From: Actinomycetes bacterium
GTDB lineage: Bacteria > Actinomycetota > Actinomycetes > Actinomycetales > Microbacteriaceae
DNA: 62,958 nucleotides
Assembly (NCBI GenBank): GCA_021779075.1
Contig: JAJYBG010000001.1
Span: forward strand, 1 to 62,958
Reading direction: 5' to 3'
Notes under the pieces: model-generated
The model's input: only the letters and a program-made list of their open reading frames with translations
Databases searched by the model: none
Told to the model about the DNA's origin: nothing
In this document: one piece after another, positions 21,832 to 33,595 of the stretch
Numbering within the stretch: position 1 is the first letter of the stretch
Layout: each line of letters starts with the position of its first letter
Program-made: the position numbers and the translations under genes

Positions 21832-22481
21832 GCGACCGCCCACTCGCCCTGCCGGGCGACACCGCGCACCTCAGCGCGCACGGTGACGACGCGCTCGCGC
21901 GGATACCCGTGACCCTGCCCCATGCCCTGCCATGCGCTGTGCGCGACGGACAGCCGCGCGGTCGCCCCAGGCCACTCGCCGAAGGCGATGAGCGCGGCAT
22001 CATGCTGGCGCAGCCGGGCGCGCAGCCGCGCAGCGTCCGTCTCACTCACCCGCGAGGCCGGCCGCACCGCGACGACCCGCAGCGCGTCGGCGAGGGCAGC
22101 GACGACCGCAAGCCACGCGGAGCCGGGGGAGGGCACGAGCACGAGCCGCGAGAGGTCGATGCCGAGACGGGATGCCGCTTCCGCGCCGAACCACGGCACG
22201 CCGACGACCGCGCACCACAGCCCTGCCGCGCTGGGCCCGGCGAGCAGCCCCATGAGCAGGCTCGTCGACCCGATGACGCTGTAGACGCCGCCGGGCTGCA
22301 AGCCCCCGCCGGGCAGCAGGGTCTGGAGATCCGGCAGCGTCGGCAGCACGGGGGAGCCCTCGACGGCGGAGCCCGCGAGCGTGATGCGCTGCAGGGAACG
22401 GACGCGCGCGTTCAGCTCGCGCACCCGCTCGAGGTCGGCGGCGGCTCTCTCCACAGGGAGGAGTTCGAATGCCGATGTCAT
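21828..22481 (-). CDS. imuA: ImuA' (RecA-like accessory protein)
   Basis: LLPGGGLQPG, GLWCAVVG, GIDLSRLVLVP, RLRARLR; first gene of the mutasome cassette. Confidence 0.88.
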   Translation of the reverse strand: MTSAFELLPVERAAADLERVRELNARVRSLQRITLAGSAVEGSPVLPTLPDLQTLLPGGGLQPGGVYSVIGSTSLLMGLLAGPSAAGLWCAVVGVPWFGAEAASRLGIDLSRLVLVPSPGSAWLAVVAALADALRVVAVRPASRVSETDAARLRARLRQHDAALIAFGEWPGATARLSVAHSAWQGMGQGHGYPRERVVTVRAEVRGVARQGEWAVA

Positions 22482-22497
22482 TGGCATCCCGTCATAA

Positions 22498-22513
22498 TCG
22501 AACACATGTTCTA
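22498..22513. promoter_or_regulatory. LexA (SOS) box upstream of imuA'
   Basis: TCGAAC-ACAT-GTTCTA, one mismatch to actinobacterial TCGAAC-N4-GTTCGA. Confidence 0.9.
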
Positions 22514-22588
22514 CAGTGTCAAGTCCCCCGCCGACATCGGCTCGAACACGGCGGCGATCGGTCCGCGCCGCGCGGCAGTATGGTCGGC

Positions 22589-24184
22589 ATGGCGATCTTC
22601 GCAGGCCTCACCCGACAGGTCTGGCGGCGCGAGGCGTTCTCGGGCGTCACGCTCGCCGTGGTCTCGGTGCCGCTCGCGGTCGCCTACGCTGAGGCCGTCG
22701 GCCTGCCGCCGACGACGGGGCTCTACGCGCTCATCGTCCCCGCCGTGCTGTTCGCGCTGCTCGCCACCAGCGGGCGGCTCGTCGTGGGTCCGGCCCCTGT
22801 GGTCACAGCCATTGCGGCCTCGTCGCTGCCGCTCGCCTCGGGCGCGTCCGGGGTGCAGCTCGCCACCGCGCAGGCACTGCTCGCCGCGCTCGCCCTCGCC
22901 CTCATCGCGATGCTCCGCCTCGGCTTCGTGCAGGCGGCGCTGTCGCGCCCGGCGATGCTCGGCGTGGCCTCGGCGGCGGTGCTCGGCCTCGTCATCCGCC
23001 AGGCGGCGGGCATCCTCGGCATTCCGGTCGATGCGCCGCTCGGCACACCGCAACTCGTCTCCCAGGTCGGCGCGGGTCTCGGGGCGGTGCAGTGGTGGGC
23101 GGTCGCCTTCGGCGTGCTCGGTCTCGCAGTAATCGCGATCGGCCACCGCATCACGAAGTTCCTCCCCTGGGAGATCCTCGTCCTCGCTGCGAGCACGACC
23201 GCGTTCCAGGTCTTCGGCCTGCGCGGCCACGGCATCGCCCTCGCGCCTCAGATCCAGGCCGCGACGCCGCCGTTCTCCTGGCCGGTGATCCCATGGGGCT
23301 CCTGGCTCGAGCTCATCCCGAGCGCGATCGCCATCGCACTCGTCACGGTCTCCGAGACGGGCTTCGTCGACCGCCAGCACCGCAGCCCCTTCGGCTTCGC
23401 CGCCGCCGACTTCGCCGCCGGCATCACGGGGGGCTTCGCGGTCGGCGTCTCGCCCGAGCGCAGCCGACGCCTCACCCAGGCGGGCGCGTCCTCGCAGCTT
23501 CCCGGCGTCGTCTCCGCCGTCCTCGTCCTCGCCTTCGTCACCTTCGGAGCCTCGCTCCTCGGAACCGTCCCGCTCCCGACGATGGCTGCGATCGTGCTGC
23601 TGGCGCTCGCCCCTCTCACGCGCCCCAGCGAGTTCACCCGGCTCTGGGGAGTGCGCAAGCTCGACTTCCTCGTCGCCGCACTCGCCTTCGCCGCGACGAT
23701 CGCGTTCGGCGCCCTCATCGGCATCGCGGTCGCCGTCGGCATGAGCCTGCTTGGCGTGCTGCGCACTGCCGCGAGCCCGCAGTCCGACCTCGTCGACGGC
23801 GACGACCGTCCGCGTGCGAGCCTCCGCGAGACGCAGGCCGGCCGCACGGTGTCGGCGCCCGGTATCGTCATCGTGCGCTTCGCCGGCCCGGTCACCTCGG
23901 CGACGGGGGACGCCTTCGAGCGCGGCATCCACCGTGCCGTCACCGCCGCCCGACCGGCGGGCCTCGGGCACCTCGTCATCGACTGCGAGGCGATCACGGG
24001 ATTCGACGCGACCGGCGCGCTCGTGGCCCGCGAGGCGATCAGCTGGGCCCGGTCGCTGGGTGTCGCCACCGACTACTCCCGCGCCCGCGCGGCGCTCCGC
24101 ATCGAGCTCGAGCACTACGGTCTGCTCGGCTCGGCGAAGGTGTTCGAGAGCAACGCCCGGGCGATTGCCGAGCTCAGCCCGTGA
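22589..24184 (+). CDS. SulP family anion transporter with C-terminal STAS domain
   Basis: GVTLAVVSVPLAVAYA, GLYA, LVVGP, many TMs, STAS-like IDCEAITGFDATG. Confidence 0.88.
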   Translation: MAIFAGLTRQVWRREAFSGVTLAVVSVPLAVAYAEAVGLPPTTGLYALIVPAVLFALLATSGRLVVGPAPVVTAIAASSLPLASGASGVQLATAQALLAALALALIAMLRLGFVQAALSRPAMLGVASAAVLGLVIRQAAGILGIPVDAPLGTPQLVSQVGAGLGAVQWWAVAFGVLGLAVIAIGHRITKFLPWEILVLAASTTAFQVFGLRGHGIALAPQIQAATPPFSWPVIPWGSWLELIPSAIAIALVTVSETGFVDRQHRSPFGFAAADFAAGITGGFAVGVSPERSRRLTQAGASSQLPGVVSAVLVLAFVTFGASLLGTVPLPTMAAIVLLALAPLTRPSEFTRLWGVRKLDFLVAALAFAATIAFGALIGIAVAVGMSLLGVLRTAASPQSDLVDGDDRPRASLRETQAGRTVSAPGIVIVRFAGPVTSATGDAFERGIHRAVTAARPAGLGHLVIDCEAITGFDATGALVAREAISWARSLGVATDYSRARAALRIELEHYGLLGSAKVFESNARAIAELSP

Positions 24185-24242
24185 GCGCTGTTACCGTCCT
24201 CTTTGAGCCGCCCTTCCGGCGGCCTCCGAAAGGAATCCCCGC

Positions 24243-25079
24243 GTGAACTTCATCGTCGCTCTCGTCCTCGGCATCATCGAAGGCGTCACCGAGTTCCTCC
24301 CGGTCTCGTCGACCGGGCACCTCACGATCGTCGAGAAGCTCTTCGGCCTCGACGTCGCGGCCCCCGGCATCACGGCGTTCACCGCGATCATCCAGGTCGG
24401 GGCGATCATCGCCGTCATCATCTACTTCTGGCGCGACATCGTCCGTCTCGTCGCGGCCTTCTTCCGCGGACTCGCCAACCCGGCGAAGCGCGACCAGAGC
24501 TACCGCGAGGCGTGGTTCGTCATCATCGGCACGATCCCGGTGGGCGTCATCGGCTTCGCGCTCCGGCACGTCATCTCGGGGCCGCTGCGCAATCTCTGGG
24601 TCGTCGTGGTGGCGCTCATCGTGTGGAGCGCCGTGATGTGGTTCGCCGAGCGGGTGGCGACGAGGCAGCGCGGCGAGCAGCAGATGAACTGGGTGGATGC
24701 CGTCGTCATCGGCCTCGTGCAGTGCTTCTCGCTCATCCCCGGCGTGTCCCGCTCGGGCGCGACGATCAGCGCGGGCCTCTTCCGCGGCCTCGACCGCGTC
24801 GCCGCGACGCGGATCTCGTTCCTGCTGTCCATTCCGGCGCTCGTCGCAGCGGGCGGCTTCGAGGCGCTGACGAGCGCGTCGGACGTCTCGAGCAGCTATT
24901 TCGGCTGGGGCGGCACCGCGATCGCGACGATCGTGAGCCTCGTCGTGGCGTACCTGTCGATCGCATGGCTGCTGCGCTACGTGCAGAAGCACCCGATCAG
25001 CGTCTTCATCTGGTACCGCGTCGGTGCCGCAGTCGTCGTCGGGGTGCTGCTCGCGACCGGCGTCATCACGGCGGTCTGA
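24243..25079 (+). CDS. uppP: Undecaprenyl-diphosphate phosphatase (BacA)
   Basis: EGVTEFLPVSSTGHL, PGVSRSGATI. Confidence 0.96.
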   Translation: MNFIVALVLGIIEGVTEFLPVSSTGHLTIVEKLFGLDVAAPGITAFTAIIQVGAIIAVIIYFWRDIVRLVAAFFRGLANPAKRDQSYREAWFVIIGTIPVGVIGFALRHVISGPLRNLWVVVVALIVWSAVMWFAERVATRQRGEQQMNWVDAVVIGLVQCFSLIPGVSRSGATISAGLFRGLDRVAATRISFLLSIPALVAAGGFEALTSASDVSSSYFGWGGTAIATIVSLVVAYLSIAWLLRYVQKHPISVFIWYRVGAAVVVGVLLATGVITAV

Positions 25080-25083
25080 GCCG

Positions 25084-25650
25084 CTACGCGATCGCCTCGA
25101 GAAACCGCAGGATGCGATTGAGGGCGAGTTGCGCGGCCTCGGGATCGTAGTCCTCGTGCCCGGCCTCGGCGAAGAGGTGCCCTGAGCCGGGGTAGAGATA
25201 CATCTCGGCGCCCGGGATCTCGTACTCCATCGCCGTGTCGGCCTCGACCGCGCGCCGCGGGTCGTACTCGGTCTGATGGCTCTGCGCGGGCACCCCGTCC
25301 GGCCAGTCTTCGCCGAACCAGCCGGGCGCCACCGCACCGTAGAGGAACACCGCGCCCTGCGCATCGCCGCGGGTGAGGAGCACCTGCGCGGCGAGAGCGC
25401 AGCCCAGCGACATCCCGACGTACACCAGGCCCGCCGGCAGCGTCGACACCGCCTCGAACGCGCGCTCGGCGAGCTCCTCGTCGCCGAGCTCACCGGCGTA
25501 GCGCATGCCGTCCTCGATGTCGTCGAAGGTGTAGCCGCCGAAGACGTCGGGGGTCTCGACGCTGTGCCCGGCGGCGCGCAGCCGGTCGGCGAACGCGATG
25601 ACGCCGCGGGTGAGCCCGCCGGCGTGATGGAAGAGCACGATGTCGGCCAT
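25084..25650 (-). CDS. Dienelactone hydrolase family protein
   Basis: LFHHAGGLT, GMSLG, YPGSGHLF. Confidence 0.85.
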   Translation of the reverse strand: MADIVLFHHAGGLTRGVIAFADRLRAAGHSVETPDVFGGYTFDDIEDGMRYAGELGDEELAERAFEAVSTLPAGLVYVGMSLGCALAAQVLLTRGDAQGAVFLYGAVAPGWFGEDWPDGVPAQSHQTEYDPRRAVEADTAMEYEIPGAEMYLYPGSGHLFAEAGHEDYDPEAAQLALNRILRFLEAIA

Positions 25651-25877
25651 GGCGCAACGCTATGGGCATCCGCTGAGAGGAGAACGGCCCGGAACCGAGA
25701 GGCACCCCGTCGCACCAGATGTGCACGCAGTGGAACTAGGTGTCACGGTCGTGCGGGCCGCGCACCGCCGCGAGGTGGACGAGCGCTGAAACGAAGCGGA
25801 GTCCCGCAATCCAGCGCGCAGCAGACCGCTTCCCGGCACACCCCGGAGAGCCCCAGCGCACGCCCCGGCACAGAAAC

Positions 25878-25929
25878 CAGAACGACCCCCAAGATCAGGA
25901 ACAAAATTCCTGATCAGGGGTCATTTCTG
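25878..25929. terminator. Long hairpin immediately 3' of tRNA-Leu
   Basis: CAGAA-C-GACCCC-CAA-GATCAGGAA-caaaa-TTCCTGATC-A-GGGGTC-AT-TTCTG. Confidence 0.65.
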
Positions 25930-25934
25930 AATCG

Positions 25935-26019
25935 TGCGCGAGAGGGGACTTGAACCCCCACGACCTATACGGTCACTAGCACCTCAAGCTAGCGCGTCTG
26001 CCAATTCCGCCACCCGCGC
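25935..26019 (-). tRNA. tRNA-Leu (anticodon GAG)
   Basis: GCGCGGG acceptor stem, TGGCGGAATTGGCAGACGCG D-arm, CTAGC-TTGAGGT-GCTAG anticodon arm, long variable arm, GGTTCAAGTCC T-arm; CCA not encoded. Confidence 0.97.
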
Positions 26020-26086
26020 GTGCACGAGGCGTCCGCCGCAGCGGCGCCGAGGAACGACATTATCACGAGCCGGTAGGTTGGGCAGC

Positions 26087-27415
26087 ATGAGCCCAGACGC
26101 CCCCGAGTTTGACGGATCGCCTGACGGACCCCTCGACGAGACCGCGCGGATCGCAGCCGATCTCATCCGCATCGACACGTCGAACTTCGGCGAAGGCCGC
26201 TCCAACGGCGAGGCCGAGGCGGCCGAGTACATCGAGGGGTACCTGGTCGGCCTGGGGCTGAACCCCGAGCTCGTCGACGCGGCCCCGCGCCGCACCAGCG
26301 TCGTCGCGCGCGTTCCCGGCCGCGATGCCGCGAAGCCGGCACTCGTCGTCCACGGGCACACCGACGTCGTCCCCGCCGACCCGGCGCAGTGGAGCGTCGA
26401 CCCCTTCGCGGGCGTCATCAAGGACGGGATGCTGTGGGGCCGCGGCGCCGTCGACATGAAGAACACCGACGCGATGATCCTCACCGCCCTGGGGGATGTC
26501 CTCGCCGCCGGCGGCCCCGAGCGAGACCTCGTCATCGCGTTCTTCTCCGACGAGGAGGACGGCGGACGCCTCGGCTCCCACATCCTCGTGCGCGAGCGCC
26601 CCGAGCTCTTCGCCGGCGCCACCGAGGCGATCGGCGAGGTCGGCGGCTACTCCATCGACGTCGGCGGCAGGCGCGCCTACCTGCTGCAGACCGGTGAGAA
26701 GGCCCTGATCTGGGCCCGGCTGACCGCACACGGGCCGGCCGGGCACGGCTCGCGGCTGGCGCCCGAGAACGCCGTCGTGACGCTGGCACGCGCCGTCGCC
26801 GCGATCGGCGCCCTCGACTTCCCGGTGCAGCTCACCGGCACGACGGCCGAGCTCGTCCGCGAGCTCGCGGCCCTGCTCGAGGTCGACCCCGAGCAGGTCG
26901 GGCCGGACGAGGTGGTGCTGCGCACGGGCTCGGCATCCGGATTCATCCTCGCCACCCTCCGCCACACCGCGAACCCGACCGGGCTCACCGCGGGCTACAA
27001 GCACAATGTCATCCCGGAGAAGGCGGAGGCGCTCGTCGACATCCGCCCGCTGCCGGGGTACGAGGCCGAGGTGCTCGACCTGCTCCAGGCGGTCGCGGGC
27101 GACGACGTCGAGATCGAGGTGCTGCACCAGGACATCGGCATGGAGCACCCCTTCGACGGCGCCCTCGTCGACGCCTGCGTCGCGGCCCTCGGCCGGCACG
27201 ACCCGGGCGCGCCGGTGCTGCCGTACCTCATGTCGGGCGGCACCGACAACAAGGCGCTCGCCCGGCTCGGCATCAGGGGCTACGGATTCGCCCCGCTGCG
27301 CCTGCCCGCGCACCTCGACTTCCCGGGCATGTTCCACGGCGTCGACGAGCGGGTGCCGCTCGACGCGCTGGTCTTCGGCCGATCGGTGCTCGCCGACCTG
27401 CTGACGACCTACTGA
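26087..27415 (+). CDS. M20/M25/M40 family metallo-hydrolase
   Basis: [31 protein letters not shown]. Confidence 0.93.
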   Translation: MSPDAPEFDGSPDGPLDETARIAADLIRIDTSNFGEGRSNGEAEAAEYIEGYLVGLGLNPELVDAAPRRTSVVARVPGRDAAKPALVVHGHTDVVPADPAQWSVDPFAGVIKDGMLWGRGAVDMKNTDAMILTALGDVLAAGGPERDLVIAFFSDEEDGGRLGSHILVRERPELFAGATEAIGEVGGYSIDVGGRRAYLLQTGEKALIWARLTAHGPAGHGSRLAPENAVVTLARAVAAIGALDFPVQLTGTTAELVRELAALLEVDPEQVGPDEVVLRTGSASGFILATLRHTANPTGLTAGYKHNVIPEKAEALVDIRPLPGYEAEVLDLLQAVAGDDVEIEVLHQDIGMEHPFDGALVDACVAALGRHDPGAPVLPYLMSGGTDNKALARLGIRGYGFAPLRLPAHLDFPGMFHGVDERVPLDALVFGRSVLADLLTTY

Positions 27416-28707
27416 TGCGCTCCTGGCCCGCACCGCGGCTCCCCGAGCTGCCCGGCCGCTCCACCGCGCCGCTCGTCTACGACGACCAGGAGCGCGCGCT
27501 CGTCGAGCTCGGCCCGGCCGCGCCCGGCGAGCCCGTCACGCTGTACGTGTGCGGCATCACGCCGTACGACGCCACCCATCTCGGCCACGCCGCGACCTAT
27601 CTCGCCTTCGACACGCTGCAGCGGGTGTGGCGGGATGCCGGATTCGCCGTCCGCTACGCCCAGAACGTCACCGACGTCGACGACCCGCTCCTCGAGCGCG
27701 CGAGCGCGACGGGGGAGGACTGGCGCGACCTCGCCGCACGCGAGGTGGAGCGGTTCCGACTCGACATGGCCGCGCTCGCCGTCATCCCGCCGGACGCCTA
27801 CGTCGCGGTCACCGAGGTCATCGACCCGATCGCGGCTGCCGTCGCCGATCTCGTCGCCCGCGGCCTCGCCTACCCGGTCGCGGAGGCGCCCGGCGGGCCC
27901 GCCGACATCTATTTCGACACGGCCGCCGCGGAGGCCGCGACCGCCTGGGCGGCGGGCGAAGAGAGCCACCTCGACCGGGCAGGGATGCTGCGCCTCTTCG
28001 GCGAGCGCGGCGGCGACCCCGGCCGCGCCGGGAAGCGCGATGCGCTCGACGCACTGCTGTGGCGGCATGCGCGACCCGGCGAGCCGTCCTGGCCCTCGCC
28101 GGTCGGCGCCGGGCGACCCGGCTGGCACATCGAATGCTCCGTCATCGCCGCGCGCGAGCTCGGCGCCCCGATCACCGTGCAGGGGGGCGGCTCCGACCTG
28201 CTCTTCCCGCACCACGACCTAGGAGCGGGCACCGCCGCGGCGCTCACCGGCCGGCCGCACGCCCGTGCCTACGTGCACGCCGGCATGGTGGCGTACCGCG
28301 GCGAGAAGATGAGCAAGTCGCTGGGCAACCTGGTGCTCGTCTCGGCGCTGCGGGATGCCGGAGTCGACCCCGGGGCCATCCGGCTCGCCCTCCTCGCCCG
28401 CCACTACCGCGACGACTGGGAGTGGACGGATTCCGCCCTCGTCGACGCGCAGACGCGCCTCGCCCGGTGGCGTGCCGCAGTGGATTCCGCGACTCCGCCG
28501 GCCGACCGGCCGCCGAAGGCGACCGGGGGAGGCCACGGGGGCGTGCCCGCGGAGTCTGCACCGCTCGCCGCCGTCCGCGCCGCCCTGCACGTCGACCTCG
28601 ACACCCCTGCCGCCCTCGCCGTCGTCGACGCCGCCGCGCAGACCGGCACCCTGACGAGCGACCTCGTCGCCGCGGTCGACGCGCTGCTCGGCATCCGCCT
28701 CGCCTAG
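27415..28707 (+). CDS. mshC: Cysteine--1D-myo-inosityl 2-amino-2-deoxy-alpha-D-glucopyranoside ligase (mycothiol synthesis)
   Basis: [46 protein letters not shown]. Confidence 0.96.
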   Translation: MRSWPAPRLPELPGRSTAPLVYDDQERALVELGPAAPGEPVTLYVCGITPYDATHLGHAATYLAFDTLQRVWRDAGFAVRYAQNVTDVDDPLLERASATGEDWRDLAAREVERFRLDMAALAVIPPDAYVAVTEVIDPIAAAVADLVARGLAYPVAEAPGGPADIYFDTAAAEAATAWAAGEESHLDRAGMLRLFGERGGDPGRAGKRDALDALLWRHARPGEPSWPSPVGAGRPGWHIECSVIAARELGAPITVQGGGSDLLFPHHDLGAGTAAALTGRPHARAYVHAGMVAYRGEKMSKSLGNLVLVSALRDAGVDPGAIRLALLARHYRDDWEWTDSALVDAQTRLARWRAAVDSATPPADRPPKATGGGHGGVPAESAPLAAVRAALHVDLDTPAALAVVDAAAQTGTLTSDLVAAVDALLGIRLA

Positions 28708-28733
28708 CGTCGCGCCGAGGGCGCGACCTCGGC

Positions 28734-28822
28734 GCGCTCCGGCTGAGAGACGGCGAGACACTCCGGATTGCGCACACCGAGCTGCGGCGAGGCGCCCGGA
28801 TCTCAGCCCGAGCGCACGCACG
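28734..28822. repeat. REPIN-like palindromic unit (family A), left flank of DUF559 gene
   Basis: Inverted arms GCGCTCCGGCTGAGAGACGG / CCGGATCTCAGCCCGAGCGC; 28796-28822 is identical to 29875-29901 (27 bp). Confidence 0.85.
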
Positions 28823-28957
28823 TCGACCGGCAGAGTGCGGAGGCCCTGAGCTCGGAGCCCTTTGCCCTTCCCCTCCACAGTCCAGTGTCGGAGGCAGAAC
28901 GCACAGGAACGCGGCGGGCGAGCAGGCCCGCAAGGACCTCGGCCCAATCCTCCGGCG

Positions 28958-29860
28958 GTGAACTCGCCCCTCTGCGCCCTCAGCCACGTCGCCACCACCG
29001 CCCAGCTCATCACTGCCGGATATTCGCGGGGCGCCGTCGCTGCGCTGTCCGGTGACCGAAGGATCATCCGCATCCGCAGAGGATTGCTCTGCTGCGCCCA
29101 TCTCACAGAGGACGAGCGCTACGCGTTGAACTGCGCGGCCAGGCTCGACTGCATCACGGTCTTGCGCGCCGCCGGAATCTGGACCGGGGCATCCCGTGGA
29201 ACCCACCTGCGCTATGCACAAGGGACCTCGCGCCGCACTCAGCGGATGCGCGAAGCAGCCCGATACGCCGTGGCCCACTGGGCCGGCGAGTCGTTTCCCA
29301 GCCATGACCGCCTGTGGGTATCGGTTCCAGAGGCGCTCCGTCAGGCGATGGGATGCCTCCCACCAGACGACGTGGTCGCCGCTATCGAGTCCGCAGTGCG
29401 CCTCAAGGCGATCAGCGCGGATCAGGCACTCATGGTGATCGCAGCCGCTCCTCGGCGGCTGGCCTCGGTGCTGGGTGAGGTGGACACCGAATTCCGCGCG
29501 CAGTCAGGATACGAGACGCTCGTTCGCCTGCGTCTCACTCGACTCGGGCATCGGGTCGAGCCTCAGGCGCTCATCCCCGGAGTCGGGCACGTCGACAACC
29601 TCGTCGACGGGGTCCTCGCCGTGGAAACCGACGGGAAGACCCACGAGAACTCGGTCGCCGAGGATCGGCGGCGCGACCTGGCAACCCGGTCCTGGGGAAT
29701 CCGGGTGCTGAGAGTCGACCCTGGTCAGGTCGATCATGACTGGGATGCCGTGCTCTCCGTCATCGAGCTGATGCTCGCGTCGGAGCAGGGCGGCGCGCGC
29801 AGCCCGGCGGTCGACCTTCGGGCTGAGTCCCGGCCGACACGCCGACGCAAAGGCTGGTAG
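28958..29860 (+). CDS. AbiEi-N-like plus DUF559/Vsr-like (PD-(D/E)XK) putative endonuclease
   Basis: N-terminal VATTAQL..AG.SR...IRIRRG; C-terminal AQSGYETLVRLRL, Q..IPGVGHVD, VETDGKTH, DRRRD, VLRV. Confidence 0.85.
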   Translation: MNSPLCALSHVATTAQLITAGYSRGAVAALSGDRRIIRIRRGLLCCAHLTEDERYALNCAARLDCITVLRAAGIWTGASRGTHLRYAQGTSRRTQRMREAARYAVAHWAGESFPSHDRLWVSVPEALRQAMGCLPPDDVVAAIESAVRLKAISADQALMVIAAAPRRLASVLGEVDTEFRAQSGYETLVRLRLTRLGHRVEPQALIPGVGHVDNLVDGVLAVETDGKTHENSVAEDRRRDLATRSWGIRVLRVDPGQVDHDWDAVLSVIELMLASEQGGARSPAVDLRAESRPTRRRKGW

Positions 29861-29901
29861 CCACGGCATGTCCTCCGGATCTCAGCCCGAGCGCACGCAC
29901 G
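29818..29901. repeat. REPIN-like palindromic unit (family A), right flank of DUF559 gene
   Basis: TCGGGCTGAGTCCCGG-cc-GACACGCCG ... CGGCATGTC-ct-CCGGATCTCAGCCCGA. Confidence 0.85.
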
Positions 29902-29927
29902 CCCAGACCTCGGGCTCCCGGCCCGGC

Positions 29928-30857
29928 CTACCCCTGACCCGTGACCGGCCCGCCGTCGCCTGGCTTCTCGCGGTGGCGCAGGTAGCGCTCGAACTCCTTC
30001 GCGATCGCCTCGCCGGACGCCTCGGGCGACTCGACGGTGTCCCGCTGCTCCTCGAGCTGCTCGATGTAGGCCGCCATGTCCTCGTCGTCCGCCGCGAGTG
30101 CGTCGATACCGGATTCCCACGCCGCCGACTCGGCGACGAGATCGCCGCGCGGGATCGTCACGTCGACGAGCTCCTCGAGCTTGTCGATGAGGGCCAGCAT
30201 CGCCTTGGGAGACGGGGCGTTGTGCACGTAGTGCGGCACCGAGGCCCAGATCGAGATCGTGGGGATTCCGAGCTGCTCCGCGGCATCCCCGAGCACCCCG
30301 AGGATGCCCGTGGGACCTTCGTAGGTCGAGCGCTCGATGTCGAGCTGGCGGCGCACCAGCGGGTTGTCCGAGGCCGCGAAGACGGTGATGGGCCGGGTGT
30401 GCGGCACATCGGCGAGCATCGACCCGAGGAAGACGATCGTGCCGATGTCGGCGGCGAGCGCGGCGTCCATGATCTCGGCGGCGAACGCCTTCCAGGTACG
30501 GGATGGTTCGGTGCCGAGCACCAGATAGATGTTGGACTCGTTGTGCCCGCTCACCTGCATCTCGGCGTCCTCGGCCATGCTGTGCGGCACCTTCGGACCG
30601 TGCCCCGGCGAGCGCGGGCCGTAGAACGCGGCGCCCGGCCAGGAGAGGATCCGGCGGCCGTCGTCGTCGAACGAACTCACGGGACGAGTGAACTGGTAGT
30701 CGTAGTAGAGCTCGGGGTCGATCTCGTGCAGCGGCACGACGTCAAGGACGTCCTTCAATGTCCGCACGGCACCGCTCGCAGCTTCGCCGGCGTCATTCCA
30801 ACCCTCGAAGGCGACGACGAGGATACGTCCGGCGAGGACCTCGCTGCGATCTGCCAC
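29928..30857 (-). CDS. PAC2 family protein (proteasome assembly chaperone-like)
   Basis: AFEGWNDAGEAAS, EP..W, DVPHTRP, YEGPTGI, WASVPHYV, EFERYL. Confidence 0.93.
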   Translation of the reverse strand: MADRSEVLAGRILVVAFEGWNDAGEAASGAVRTLKDVLDVVPLHEIDPELYYDYQFTRPVSSFDDDGRRILSWPGAAFYGPRSPGHGPKVPHSMAEDAEMQVSGHNESNIYLVLGTEPSRTWKAFAAEIMDAALAADIGTIVFLGSMLADVPHTRPITVFAASDNPLVRRQLDIERSTYEGPTGILGVLGDAAEQLGIPTISIWASVPHYVHNAPSPKAMLALIDKLEELVDVTIPRGDLVAESAAWESGIDALAADDEDMAAYIEQLEEQRDTVESPEASGEAIAKEFERYLRHREKPGDGGPVTGQG

Positions 30858-30980
30858 TGCACCAACCTTCCGGGCTCCCGAGGCGGCCCGTCCTCCTCAC
30901 ACAATAGGCCGCGCGGTGCGCCCCGCCGTGGAATGCGGCTGGGAATCCGCCCACGGGATGGCACCGGGACGCCCCGCTAG

Positions 30981-32657
<1,677 letters not shown>

Positions 32658-32698
32658 GCGGCCGCCGCGAAGAAGTACGGCCGATAGACTGCCGTCCC

Positions 32699-33592
32699 GT
32701 GCGCAGAACCCCGTCCCTCATCTCCGCCGCCGTCCTCGTCGCGCTCGCCGCTGCCACCCTCACCGGGTGCGCGGCATCCGGCAATGACTCGAACTGCCTG
32801 GTCTCGAGCGGGCCGGCGTCCGACTCGGTGAGTGCGACGGGCGACTTCGGCGCGGCCGCGCTCGACGTCAAGGTTCCGTCGCCGCTGACCGCGACGACGA
32901 CCGAGCGCACGACGCTCATCGCCGGAACAGGCGCGCCGCTGCAGGCGGGGCAGTACGCCAAGCTCGACCTCCACATCTACGACGGCGGCACGGGCAAGCT
33001 CATCGCCGCGCCCTCGACGTGGACGTCGGACTCGGTCTCCGTGCTGCGGAGCCAGGGCCTCACCGACGCCCTACGCTGCGTCCCCGAGGGCTCACGAGTG
33101 GCGATCGTGATCCCGGCCGCGGAGGGCGCGAGCACGCTCGGCGCCGCGGCGGATTCGACGGCGATCATCGTCGCCGATCTCTCCAACTACCTGCTGACAC
33201 GGGCCCGGGGCACGAAGGCGACCCTGCCCGCAGGCTTCCCGGCGGTGACGCTCGCCCCGAACGGCCAGCCCGGGATCGTCATCCCGTCCGACACCCCCGC
33301 GCCGACCACGATCGAGTCCGCCGACTCCATCGCGGGCCACGGCGCCGTGCTCACCAGCAAGGACACGGTCGTCGTGCACTACTCGACGATCACCTGGAAC
33401 ACCCCGACGGTGACGAGCACCTCGTGGAACCAGAACGCCCCCGTCACGATCGGGCTCACGGGAACCGACGGCCTCACCAAGGCGATCGTCGGCCAGCGGA
33501 TCGGGTCGCAGGTCGTGGTGCTCGTCCCGGCTGCGGACAACAGCGGCACCTCGGTCGTCTTCATCATCGACCTGCTCGGCGTCAAGAGCTGA
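32699..33592 (+). CDS. FKBP-type peptidyl-prolyl isomerase-like lipoprotein (tandem degenerate FKBP domains)
   Basis: Lipobox LTGC; two GSRV/GSQV..VP FKBP C-terminal motifs; VFIIDLLG end. Confidence 0.8.
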   Translation: MRRTPSLISAAVLVALAAATLTGCAASGNDSNCLVSSGPASDSVSATGDFGAAALDVKVPSPLTATTTERTTLIAGTGAPLQAGQYAKLDLHIYDGGTGKLIAAPSTWTSDSVSVLRSQGLTDALRCVPEGSRVAIVIPAAEGASTLGAAADSTAIIVADLSNYLLTRARGTKATLPAGFPAVTLAPNGQPGIVIPSDTPAPTTIESADSIAGHGAVLTSKDTVVVHYSTITWNTPTVTSTSWNQNAPVTIGLTGTDGLTKAIVGQRIGSQVVVLVPAADNSGTSVVFIIDLLGVKS

Positions 33593-33595
33593 CCC

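Noticed and set aside
25934-26086. N-terminal extension of the M20 hydrolase ORF (MRERGLEPPRP...)
   Set aside because: This is the antisense of tRNA-Leu; the real start is ATG 26087 after a TAGGTT -10.
28885-28906. TGTCGG upstream of the DUF559 gene as a PafBC promoter
   Set aside because: The hexamer 10 nt downstream is CACAGG, not TANNNT.
28734-29901. Repeats around the DUF559 gene read as a CRISPR array or IS terminal inverted repeats
   Set aside because: Only two units 1 kb apart, no spacer series, no cas or DDE transposase gene, and no evident target-site duplication.
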